DNA of 39,759 nt from contig JBBQFV010000001.1 in the NCBI GenBank assembly GCA_038322405.1, positions 1 to 39,759 of the forward strand, read 5' to 3'. The notes below the pieces were generated by a model. That model saw only the letters and a program-made list of their open reading frames with translations. It was not told the origin of the DNA and ran no database searches. The position numbers and the translations under genes are program-made. The DNA is from Patescibacteria group bacterium. Lineage in GTDB: Bacteria > Patescibacteriota > UBA1384 > CAILIB01. Positions 32,401 through 39,759 of this stretch are shown one piece after another. The first letter of the stretch is position 1. Each line of letters starts with the position of its first letter.

Positions 32401-33672
32401 TTAGATTGTAAGTAATGCCTCGATGACCACTGTATCACCATGTGGGCCAACTGATGCTAGTCGCAAACGGTCCATTTGAAAGAGCTCTTTTGCCAGGGTT
32501 TGAACCTCGGCTGCTGTTACTTTTTTAACCTTTTCAAGGTATTCGGCCACGGTTTCCTGGTTATGTTCCTGCAAATCTTGAATTCCGTAGTATTCCGCTA
32601 CCTCATCGGAACCCTCGAAGGTAATAGCAGCCTTGCCCACTAAGTGTAGTTTAGCGCGCTCCAACTCATCTTCCCCTACCTCTTCGTCACGCATCTTTTT
32701 GAACTCTTTCACAATTGCCTCAACAGCTTGCGGGAAGCGCTTGTTGTCTACCCCGGCGGAAGCATACAGGAAGCCAGTGTCCTGGTAGGTGTCGGTACCT
32801 GAGCGCACGTAGTAGCACAGTCCCTGTTGCTCCCGTACCGAGACAAACAAGCGGGAACTCATGGTAGAACCCAAAATGGTGTTGAGCACCCGGAAAATTG
32901 GCTGACGGGGGTCACCGGTCGGAAATGCTTTGGCGGCAATAATGAGGTGAGTTTGCTCAGACTTTTTTTCTTCCAATAGTACGCGCCGGTTTTCCTGCCA
33001 CTGGGCCTGAGGGGCGGTATATGGGTCACCGTTTGGCAGCTCCGCAAAGTACTGGCTAACCAGTTCCTTGGCTTTTTCTGGCGTAATATCGCCTGCAATG
33101 GCAACAGTACACATGGAGCCGCGGTAAAACTGTTCGCGGTAACGCACAAAGTCTTCCCTGCCAAAGCCGGTAACGCTTTCTTTGGTGCCTAGGATTTGGC
33201 GCCCAAGGGCAGTATCGCCAAACAGAAGCTCCATAAGCACGTGGCCCACTTTGCGCATGGGCATATCCTCGTACATGTTAATCTCTTCCACAATCACGCC
33301 CTTTTCCTTTTCCAGCTCTTCGGCGGGAAAGGTGGCGTGCAAAGTCATGTCCGATAACACATCCAAGCCAAGCTCGGTGTGCGAGGCATCGGTCTTGGTA
33401 TAAAACCCGGTGAATTCCTGGCTCGTGAAGGCGTTAAATTCGCCACCTACGGTATCGAGGGTCTGGGCCACCATTTGGGCGGTAGTGTATTTACGACCAC
33501 CTTTGAACACCATGTGCTCAGTAAAGTGGGCGAGGCCCTGCTGCTCATCGGACTCGTTGCGCGAACCGACGCCCATAAAGACCATTGAGGTAACGGTGGC
33601 GGTGTTTGCAAGAGGTACGACAATGAGGGAAATGCCGTTCGGAAGCTGTTCGTGGTAAACCTGGTGTTGCAT
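32401..33672 (-). CDS. M16-family (pitrilysin/insulinase-like) zinc peptidase
   Basis: 423 aa with the inverted zincin motif HFTEHMVFKG (HxxEH) near the N-terminus. Confidence 0.9.
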   Translation of the reverse strand: MQHQVYHEQLPNGISLIVVPLANTATVTSMVFMGVGSRNESDEQQGLAHFTEHMVFKGGRKYTTAQMVAQTLDTVGGEFNAFTSQEFTGFYTKTDASHTELGLDVLSDMTLHATFPAEELEKEKGVIVEEINMYEDMPMRKVGHVLMELLFGDTALGRQILGTKESVTGFGREDFVRYREQFYRGSMCTVAIAGDITPEKAKELVSQYFAELPNGDPYTAPQAQWQENRRVLLEEKKSEQTHLIIAAKAFPTGDPRQPIFRVLNTILGSTMSSRLFVSVREQQGLCYYVRSGTDTYQDTGFLYASAGVDNKRFPQAVEAIVKEFKKMRDEEVGEDELERAKLHLVGKAAITFEGSDEVAEYYGIQDLQEHNQETVAEYLEKVKKVTAAEVQTLAKELFQMDRLRLASVGPHGDTVVIEALLTI

Positions 33673-33715
33673 GTTTCAAGTTTAGCAGGTTATTCTAGAG
33701 CCACCTAGCCGTAAT

Positions 33716-34138
33716 GTGGCCTCCGCCTTTCCCCCTATGCTTCACGTAGAACTCGACAACATTCTGACTCATGATGAGCTTGCTTCGAAGGCTGAAGAAG
33801 TGCTTCGTAAAGCCGATGAAAACAACCAAATCCTGGTTATAACCCGCAATGGCCGCCCTGCCGTAGCCGTGCTTAAGCTTGAGCAGCTAGAGGAACTTTC
33901 TGGCCGCCAGGTCAGCACCAACCAGCCGCCTGTTGAGCTGCCGCATATGAATGCCAATGCAGTTGCCACTCCCCCTCCGCCTGCTGCCCCAATGCCGCCG
34001 CTTCCCGACCAACCTATGGCTACAGTATTTACTCCTGCCCCAATGCCAGGTGAGGCACCGGTGGTATCGGACATGCCAACTGCCCCGCTTCTAGCCGATG
34101 CCGAATCAGGCCTTCCGGATATGCCAGACATGCCGTAA
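33716..34138 (+). CDS. Phd/YefM-like antitoxin-fold protein with a proline-rich C-terminal tail
   Basis: ASKAEEVLRKADENNQILVITRNGRPAVAVLKLEQLEEL is a Phd/YefM-type N-terminal domain. A P/A/M-rich tail follows. The start is GTG 33716 or ATG 33737. Confidence 0.6.
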   Translation: MASAFPPMLHVELDNILTHDELASKAEEVLRKADENNQILVITRNGRPAVAVLKLEQLEELSGRQVSTNQPPVELPHMNANAVATPPPPAAPMPPLPDQPMATVFTPAPMPGEAPVVSDMPTAPLLADAESGLPDMPDMP

Positions 34139-34141
34139 CTA

Positions 34142-34165
34142 AAAACTCCCCTTCCGGGGAGTTTT
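34142..34165. terminator. bidirectional rho-independent terminator between convergent genes
   Basis: aaaactcccc (34142-34151), loop ttcc, ggggagtttt (34156-34165). Confidence 0.7.
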
Positions 34166-34167
34166 GA

Positions 34168-34533
34168 TTAGGCCTGAGGAGCGTTATTAGCAGAGGCGTT
34201 GCGAAGAAATAGAAGGTCGAGCACCATGCTGACCAGCCAGAAAATAATAGCGGCAAAGAGGGCCGTGCCAAAACTATTAATAGAAAAGCCTTGCACAATG
34301 TTGGCCACGAGCAGCAGCATAAGCGCGTTAATCACAAAGGTGAAGAGGCCTAAGGTCAAAATGTTTACCGGCAAGGTGAGCAAGAGCAAGATAGGCCGGA
34401 TCAACAGGTTTACAATACCGAGTATTGCCGCAGCCACCAAGGCAGTCCAAAAGCTGGCAATGTTAAACCCTGGAACCAGGTAAGCCACAACCATAAGCGC
34501 GAGCGTGTTAAGCAACCATCGCAAAATAAGCAT
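34168..34533 (-). CDS. phage-holin-family-4 / YvlD (DUF360) membrane protein
   Basis: MLILRWLLNTLALMVVAYLVPGFNI.SFWTALVAAAILGIVNLLIRPILLLLTLP...LGLFTFVINALML is the characteristic family sequence. Confidence 0.8.
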   Translation of the reverse strand: MLILRWLLNTLALMVVAYLVPGFNIASFWTALVAAAILGIVNLLIRPILLLLTLPVNILTLGLFTFVINALMLLLVANIVQGFSINSFGTALFAAIIFWLVSMVLDLLFLRNASANNAPQA

Positions 34534-34543
34534 GGGGGTCGGG

Positions 34544-35212
34544 TTATTTCTTCAAGACTAAGAAGTACACCAAAAAGGCACCAATAATCAATATGGTGGG
34601 CAAGGCAATGAGTATAATCATGCCTGCAAAGGTCAGCCGGCGCACCGTGACGGTCTGTTCTGGCGTTTGACGCCGTTCTGTCACCTGGAGCATTTCAGCG
34701 CTTGGCAGCAGCTTCATGAGCAGCGCCTGGGCATGTTCCGCCCTTCCCCGCCACAGCCCAAGCTCTTCACGTAGGTCCGAGGTGCGCTGCAATTCTTCGT
34801 GATACCGCTCTTCGTAAGTTTCGGCGCGTTTGGCCCAGTAATCGACAGGGTTTCCCTGCTCGTCTGAAATTGCCACCCGTACGCTACCGTTGCGGGTAGT
34901 GACGGCGTGCTGGGCATCTTCTGTTGGTTCCGCGGGTTCTGGCTGGGGCTCAACAGGAACCTTGGGTTTGGGTGCCGGTTTTGGCTTGTCTGGCTCAATT
35001 TCGGCCCGTGGCTCAGGGTCGCTACCCAGGTTAAGCACCGTGCGCGTGTCATAATAGGCCAGAACATCCTCAGGCCTTACCAGGTATAAAAACCCAGTGA
35101 CCGTTTTTTCCTTGTGATACGGAATTTTCTCCGCCTTGATGAGGCGGCGCAACGTAACTTCGGATTTGCCTACTGCCTTGGCAGCGGCATCGAGATGAAG
35201 GAAATCAGCCAT
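34544..35212 (-). CDS. membrane-anchored protein with an N-terminal excisionase/MerR-type HTH, Pro-rich linker, helical region and C-terminal TM
   Basis: AGGAG lies 7 nt upstream of ATG 35212. MADFLHLDAAAKAVGKSEVTLRRLIKAEKIPYHK is the HTH_17-like segment. The C-terminal anchor is LTFAGMIILIALPTILIIGAFLVYFLVL. Confidence 0.6.
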   Translation of the reverse strand: MADFLHLDAAAKAVGKSEVTLRRLIKAEKIPYHKEKTVTGFLYLVRPEDVLAYYDTRTVLNLGSDPEPRAEIEPDKPKPAPKPKVPVEPQPEPAEPTEDAQHAVTTRNGSVRVAISDEQGNPVDYWAKRAETYEERYHEELQRTSDLREELGLWRGRAEHAQALLMKLLPSAEMLQVTERRQTPEQTVTVRRLTFAGMIILIALPTILIIGAFLVYFLVLKK

Positions 35213-35281
35213 AGTACTCTCCTGATAGTATGCCCAGGAACGGGGCAAAAATCCAGGTCAGCAGGCCCTGGGAAAGAAGGG

Positions 35282-37975
35282 CTACTTTTTCCGCCTGCGC
35301 TCGGCGCGGGAAATTTTCGGTTCCTCAATGGTGGGCGTGGGCAATGGCTTGGCAACTCCTACTGTCTCGGTGAGCACCTGGCCTTGCTTAGCAGGTTGGG
35401 CAACCTGCACATTCTCGACGCGCAGCACTGTACGTACCGTTTGTAAATCAATTGCCAAAACCAGTTGTTGGAATAATCGGTACCCTTCGTTGGTATAGAC
35501 CACTAGTGGGTCAACCTGGGCATATTGGCGCAAAGAAACGCCGGTGCGCAATTCTTGCAGGGTAGAAAGGTGCTCTACCCACAGCAAATCGAGCGTATTG
35601 AGGTAAATGGAACGAACGACCGGCGTATATAAGTCGCCAAAGGCCTTTTTCTTGGTCTCCAAAGCATCTACTAGCTTGGCGGCTACCAGTTCTTCAACTG
35701 CAGCATCGCTATGGTATTGCTGCAATTCGGCCATGAAGGCCTGGGCCTGCGGCTCGCTGAGCCCAACTAGGCCGCTTACGTCGCGTACCAGCTGTTCCAG
35801 GTTCCACTCGCCTGAGCTGCCAGCGGCGTGCAAACCAGTCAGGTGGCGAGCTTCGTGCAACAGCGCTTCGTGCAGCGTTTGTTCAATGTCGCTAATGTCC
35901 GTAGTGGTAGAAAGGGTTTTGCGGCGGCGTTTGTAAATTACGTCGCGATGGCGGGTAAGCACGTCATCAAACTGAATGAGGCGCTTGCGCATGTCGAAAT
36001 TGTGACCCTCCACCCGCTTTTGAGCCGATTCAATCGCCCGGTTCAGCATTTTGTGTTCCACCGCCTCTTCCTCTTTCACACCCATACTGGTGAGCACGTT
36101 TTTCATGCGGTCGCCACCAAAAATGCGCATCAAATCGTCTTCGGTCGAAATGTAGAATTGCGATGACCCCGGGTCACCCTGGCGCCCAGCGCGTCCACGT
36201 AACTGGTTATCGATGCGCCGCGACTCGTGCCGCTCGGTACCAACCACGTGCAACCCGCCAAGAGAAACTACTTCGTCGTGTTCCATCTGCCATTTGGCGA
36301 GGGCGGTTTCAAAGTCTTTGTCGGTAGCTCCCTGCGGAGCCGCCGCAGCGGCGTCAAACTCCACTCGCTTTGGTGGCACACCACCTAAAATAATATCCGT
36401 ACCGCGCCCAGCAATGTTGGTAGCCAAGGTTACGGCGCCCTTACTTCCAGCTTGGGCCACAATGTGCGCCTCACGCTCGTTATTCTTGGCATTCAAAACT
36501 TCGTGAGGAACCCCTGCCTTGCTCAACAACGCACCCAATTGCTCGTTTTGCTCCACCGAAATGGTACCGATAAGCACCGGCTGGCCAGTTTCGTGGCGTT
36601 GCTTGATTTGGGCAATTGCCGCCTTCATTTTGCCCGCAGCAGTGCGGTAAATTTGGTCTGGCAAGTCGTTGCGCACCATTGGCTTATTGGTCGGAATGGT
36701 AAGCACCTCTAACCCGTAAATCTTGGCAAATTCCTCGGCTTCGGTAGCGGCGGTCCCGGTCATGCCGGCTAGTTTTATATACAGGCGAAACAGGTTCTGA
36801 AAGGAGATAGTGGCCATTGTCGTGCTTTCCCGCTGCACCACTACGCCTTCTTTAGCTTCAATCGCTTGGTGTAAGCCCTCCGAATAGCGCCGACCGGGCA
36901 TGAGGCGTCCAGTAAATTCATCGATAATTACTACTTCCCCTTCGTGCACTACGTAGTCTTTGTCGCGCTTGAACAAGATATGCGCTTTCAACGCTTCTTC
37001 CAGGTGGTAAGCGAGCTGCACTTCCTCACCGTAAATATTCTCTACGCCAAGCAGCTTTTCCATTTTGGCAATGCCGGCGCTGGTCAAGCTGACCGCCCGG
37101 TCTTTCTCATCGACGGTATAGTCGTCCTCAACCTTGAGGCGCGGAATGAGGCCGGCAAAGCGCTGATAGGCATCGGCCGATTCTTCAGCGGGCCCCGAAA
37201 TGATGAGCGGAGTGCGCGCTTCATCGATCAAAATGGAGTCCACCTCGTCCACAATGGCAAAAAACTGGTCGCGTTGAACCAGTTGGGCCACGTCTTGGGC
37301 CATGTTGTCGCGCAGGTAATCGAAGCCAAATTCGTTGTTGGTGCCGTAGGTAATGTCGCAGGCGTAGGCCTCGCGGCGGGGCACCGAAACCAGTTCGCCT
37401 GCTTCAAAACGGAACGAGGCGGTGTTGGTAATGACGCCTACAGTCAGGCCGAGCAAGGTATACACGGCGCCGTACAGCTCTACGCCAGTTTTAGCCAGAT
37501 AGTCGTTCACGGTAACCAGGTGGGCGCCGCGGCCAACCAGGGCGTTGAGGGCTAATGGGAGTGTTGCAACTAGGGTCTTTCCTTCACCAGTGCGCATTTC
37601 GGCAATATTTCCCTGGTGCAAGGCCAGGCCTCCAAGTAACTGGACATCGAAGTGGCGCTGGCCAACCGCCCGTTTGGACGCCTCACGGACCAAGGCAAAT
37701 ACCTCGGGCAGCAGGTCATCTAAAATAGCGTTGATCTGCTTTTTTTCTTTGATGCGGTCATTGATTTCTTCCAGGGCGGCAAGTGGGTCTCTGGTGTGTT
37801 CGGTCAGTTTTTCTTGCACCTCCTCCCGCCAGGCAGTCATTTTTTTGGCAAAATCGGCGTCTTTAAGCCCCTGCATTTCAGGTTCAAGCGCATTGATCTG
37901 ATCAATACGGCGGTTGTTGCGCTTTACGAACGTGCTGCTGGCATCGCTTAAAAATCGGTCGAGAAAGTGGGGCAT
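35282..37975 (-). CDS. secA: preprotein translocase ATPase SecA
   Basis: 897 aa with MRTGEGKTLVATLP (Walker A), DEVDSILIDEARTPLIISG and TNMAGRGTDI-type NIAGRGTDI. Confidence 0.97.
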   Translation of the reverse strand: MPHFLDRFLSDASSTFVKRNNRRIDQINALEPEMQGLKDADFAKKMTAWREEVQEKLTEHTRDPLAALEEINDRIKEKKQINAILDDLLPEVFALVREASKRAVGQRHFDVQLLGGLALHQGNIAEMRTGEGKTLVATLPLALNALVGRGAHLVTVNDYLAKTGVELYGAVYTLLGLTVGVITNTASFRFEAGELVSVPRREAYACDITYGTNNEFGFDYLRDNMAQDVAQLVQRDQFFAIVDEVDSILIDEARTPLIISGPAEESADAYQRFAGLIPRLKVEDDYTVDEKDRAVSLTSAGIAKMEKLLGVENIYGEEVQLAYHLEEALKAHILFKRDKDYVVHEGEVVIIDEFTGRLMPGRRYSEGLHQAIEAKEGVVVQRESTTMATISFQNLFRLYIKLAGMTGTAATEAEEFAKIYGLEVLTIPTNKPMVRNDLPDQIYRTAAGKMKAAIAQIKQRHETGQPVLIGTISVEQNEQLGALLSKAGVPHEVLNAKNNEREAHIVAQAGSKGAVTLATNIAGRGTDIILGGVPPKRVEFDAAAAAPQGATDKDFETALAKWQMEHDEVVSLGGLHVVGTERHESRRIDNQLRGRAGRQGDPGSSQFYISTEDDLMRIFGGDRMKNVLTSMGVKEEEAVEHKMLNRAIESAQKRVEGHNFDMRKRLIQFDDVLTRHRDVIYKRRRKTLSTTTDISDIEQTLHEALLHEARHLTGLHAAGSSGEWNLEQLVRDVSGLVGLSEPQAQAFMAELQQYHSDAAVEELVAAKLVDALETKKKAFGDLYTPVVRSIYLNTLDLLWVEHLSTLQELRTGVSLRQYAQVDPLVVYTNEGYRLFQQLVLAIDLQTVRTVLRVENVQVAQPAKQGQVLTETVGVAKPLPTPTIEEPKISRAERRRKK

Positions 37976-38034
37976 GGAGTTCTTTTATTGCAGGCTCCAC
38001 TATAGCGGGAGAAGGGCTATAAGAAAAGAATAGG

Positions 38035-39309
38035 CTACGGCCGGCAAATCTCGCTGAACCCGGTATAAGGAAGCAGTACGTCAGGAACCTTAATACTCCC
38101 GTCTTCTTGCTGATAATTCTCCAGGACTGCCACCAAAATACGCGGCGAGGCAAGCGCAGTATTGTTCAAGGTGTGCACAAACTGAGCACCTTCTTCGGTG
38201 CGGTAGCGAATACCTAGAGAGCGGGCCTGCCAATCGGTATCGTTGGAACAAGAATGGGTCTCACCGTACTTGCCCATACCAGGCAGCCACACCTCAATAT
38301 CCCACTTTTTAGCTTGTGGATGCCCCAAATCGCCACTGCAATTAAGCATCACTTGGTAGTGTAGGCCGAGCAGCTGGAGCATTTCCTCGGCAATACTGAG
38401 TAAGCGGGCGTGTTCCTCGGCCGAATCTTCTGGCCGCACCAAACTGACCATTTCTACCTTTTGAAACTGGTGTACCCGGAACAATCCCTTGGTTTCTTTG
38501 CCGTAGGTGCCGGCTTCGCGCCGATAGGCGGGCGAAATTCCTACGTAGCGCAAGGGCAGCTCTTGAGAAGTTAAAATTTCCCCGGCCCGGTAGTTTACCA
38601 ACCCCACCTCAGCAGTCCCTGCCAGGTATAAGTTGTCGCGCTCAAGGCGGTAGGCATCGCCATTTTCGGCGTCTTCGGGAGTGGCAAAATGGCCAGCCCC
38701 GTAAAAGGCCTCTTTGTAAGCCATATGGGGAACGGTCATAGGCGTAAACCCCTTGGCCCGGGCAACGTCGAGCGCCCAGCGCATGACTGCCTGCTCCAAA
38801 ATGACCAGTTCATTTTTAAGATAGTAAAACTTCTGTCCCGCCACCTTTACGCCCCGTTCCATATCCAACAAATCTAGGTTCAAAGCCAACTCTTCGTGGT
38901 CGCGGACGGGAAAGCTAAAGTCGGGTTTTGTGCCTTCAGTGTGAATTACCTGATTATCTTTATCGGAAAGGCCGGTCGGCACCTCGTCATCGGGAAGGTT
39001 GGGAATTTGCCGGTGCAATACCAAACAGCGCTCATCAAGCTCAGCAAGGGCACGTTCGTTGTTTTTGACGTTGTCGGAAAGCTCGCGCAGCGCAACGCGC
39101 AGGTTTTCGCGCTCTTTAGGTGAAGCCTGGGCCATAGCGTTTGACTGCTGATTCAGGTCGGCTTGGGTCTGTTCGGTAAGGGCGCGCAGGTCACGGCGCT
39201 CGGCATCGAGGGTGAGCAGGTCATCTAAAACAGCCTGGTCGCTCCCCTTGCAGGCCATGCCAGCGCGTACCCGGTCGGTTTGTTCACGGATCAATTTGAT
39301 ATCTAACAT
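38035..39309 (-). CDS. serS: seryl-tRNA synthetase
   Basis: MLDIKLIREQ... gives the N-terminal coiled coil. Class II motifs include FRVHQFQKVEM, and the C-terminus reads TLNNTALASPRILVAVLENYQ. ATG 39309 is preferred. Confidence 0.95.
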   Translation of the reverse strand: MLDIKLIREQTDRVRAGMACKGSDQAVLDDLLTLDAERRDLRALTEQTQADLNQQSNAMAQASPKERENLRVALRELSDNVKNNERALAELDERCLVLHRQIPNLPDDEVPTGLSDKDNQVIHTEGTKPDFSFPVRDHEELALNLDLLDMERGVKVAGQKFYYLKNELVILEQAVMRWALDVARAKGFTPMTVPHMAYKEAFYGAGHFATPEDAENGDAYRLERDNLYLAGTAEVGLVNYRAGEILTSQELPLRYVGISPAYRREAGTYGKETKGLFRVHQFQKVEMVSLVRPEDSAEEHARLLSIAEEMLQLLGLHYQVMLNCSGDLGHPQAKKWDIEVWLPGMGKYGETHSCSNDTDWQARSLGIRYRTEEGAQFVHTLNNTALASPRILVAVLENYQQEDGSIKVPDVLLPYTGFSEICRP

Positions 39310-39535
39310 GTGCCCAGTGTCGCACATCTGGACAGGTTGGGAAAGTATGGTATTTTATACAGGTGCCCAGAGAAAGAAGTTCGCAACTTCCTTGGACCCT
39401 AGGTTCTGACATATTCATACATGTCGCTAATGCGCCGGCTATTCCGGACTAACAACCCGGATCCGCAAGGACCAGGTACTCATCCAGGCAACAGTCCTAA
39501 GCATGCACGTGCGCTCCGCCGTACTGATGAGTCTC

Positions 39536-39566
39536 ATCCCGCCCCAAAACAGGGCGGGATTTTTTT
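39536..39566 (+). terminator. strong rho-independent terminator with no upstream CDS (orphan)
   Basis: atcccgccc (39536-39544), loop caaaaca, gggcgggat (39552-39560), then tttttt. Confidence 0.7.
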
Positions 39567-39584
39567 CTCAGAGCCTAAAGAGGC

Positions 39585-39612
39585 TGGACAACTTGCTAAA
39601 TTATGCTAAGAT
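39585..39612 (+). promoter_or_regulatory. candidate promoter for the partial gene at the window end
   Basis: TGGACA (39585-39590), 16-nt spacer, TAAGAT (39607-39612). GGAG lies 6 nt before ATG 39640. Confidence 0.35.
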
Positions 39613-39639
39613 TGCGACACTTTTCGTATGGAGTGTGAT

Positions 39640-39759
39640 ATGGAATCTGAATCTTTACAAGTACTCGAAGAGCGTCAAGAGCCGGTAAGCCGACTCGAGG
39701 TTCTTTTTCTCAGTTTTCTCGGCATTAGTTTCGTCGCAGGCATCATTATGTATTGTGTC
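39640..39759 (+). CDS. 5' end of a membrane protein gene (runs off the window)
   Basis: MESESLQVLEERQEPVSRLEVLFLSFLGISFVAGIIMYCV... is open to the window edge. A hydrophobic helix starts at residue 20. An alternative ATG lies at 39628. Confidence 0.4.
   Translation, partial: MESESLQVLEERQEPVSRLEVLFLSFLGISFVAGIIMYCV

Noticed and set aside
39440-39500. SRP (4.5S) RNA, suggested by a GNRA-capped stem (UCC-GCAA-GGA)
   Set aside because: The conserved domain IV loops (5' AGG/CAGG opposite 3' AGCA, as in GUCAGGUCCGGAAGGAAGCAGC) are absent. I cannot support an SRP RNA call from sequence alone.
39310-39570. T-box or other leader riboswitch for serS on the minus strand
   Set aside because: On the minus strand the hairpin at 39536-39560 has no following U run. 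I also see no T-box consensus or specifier-loop features. The terminator is functional only on the plus strand.

Overview
About 40 kb of a bacterial chromosome read with the standard genetic code: TAA, TAG and TGA each terminate well-conserved genes here (secA and serS end in TAG; dnaE and gltX end in TGA). All identifications come from reading translations and motifs by eye; no database search was possible.

Right half (20.3-39.3 kb): housekeeping backbone. It carries gltX-yraN-rplS-rpmA-RNA methyltransferase on the minus strand and a divergent dnaE. These are followed by a MazG-like NTP pyrophosphatase, a PH-domain membrane protein, a CheY-like receiver, a GT4 (WecA/MraY-like) transferase, ndk, an M16 peptidase, a Phd-like protein, a holin-family membrane protein, a membrane-anchored HTH protein, secA and serS.

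Left half (0-15.6 kb): accessory and decaying.
- Intact or mostly intact genes: a partial GH13 hydrolase, a thioredoxin-reductase-like flavoprotein, an ArsR operon, an AAC(3)-I-like acetyltransferase, secreted and membrane proteins, a DipZ-like protein plus a thioredoxin pair, an XRE/membrane pair and a RelBE-type toxin-antitoxin module.
- Damaged genes: a PAS-GAF-GGDEF-EAL protein whose PAS domain carries an in-frame TAG, and remnants of folE and other genes.

Between the halves lies a ~4.5 kb degraded integrative island at the 3' end of tRNA-Gln(CUG). It is bounded by perfect 18-bp direct repeats (15651-15668 and 20135-20152). It contains gene wreckage: fragments of a P-type ATPase, a restriction/helicase nuclease, an IS3 transposase and a serine recombinase. 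It also holds a few intact orphan genes.

At least nine genes in the left half and island are truncated, frameshifted or nonsense-interrupted.

I did not find an intact multi-gene system that I can defend as new. The best leads are:
- the tRNA-Gln island and its intact orphan gene with a highly structured leader (17.1-17.9 kb);
- the NADPH-motif-less thioredoxin-reductase-like enzyme;
- the uncharacterised 362-aa acidic protein (4402-5490);
- the overlapping secreted-protein cluster (7.7-9.4 kb);
- an orphan terminator that suggests a small RNA next to serS.
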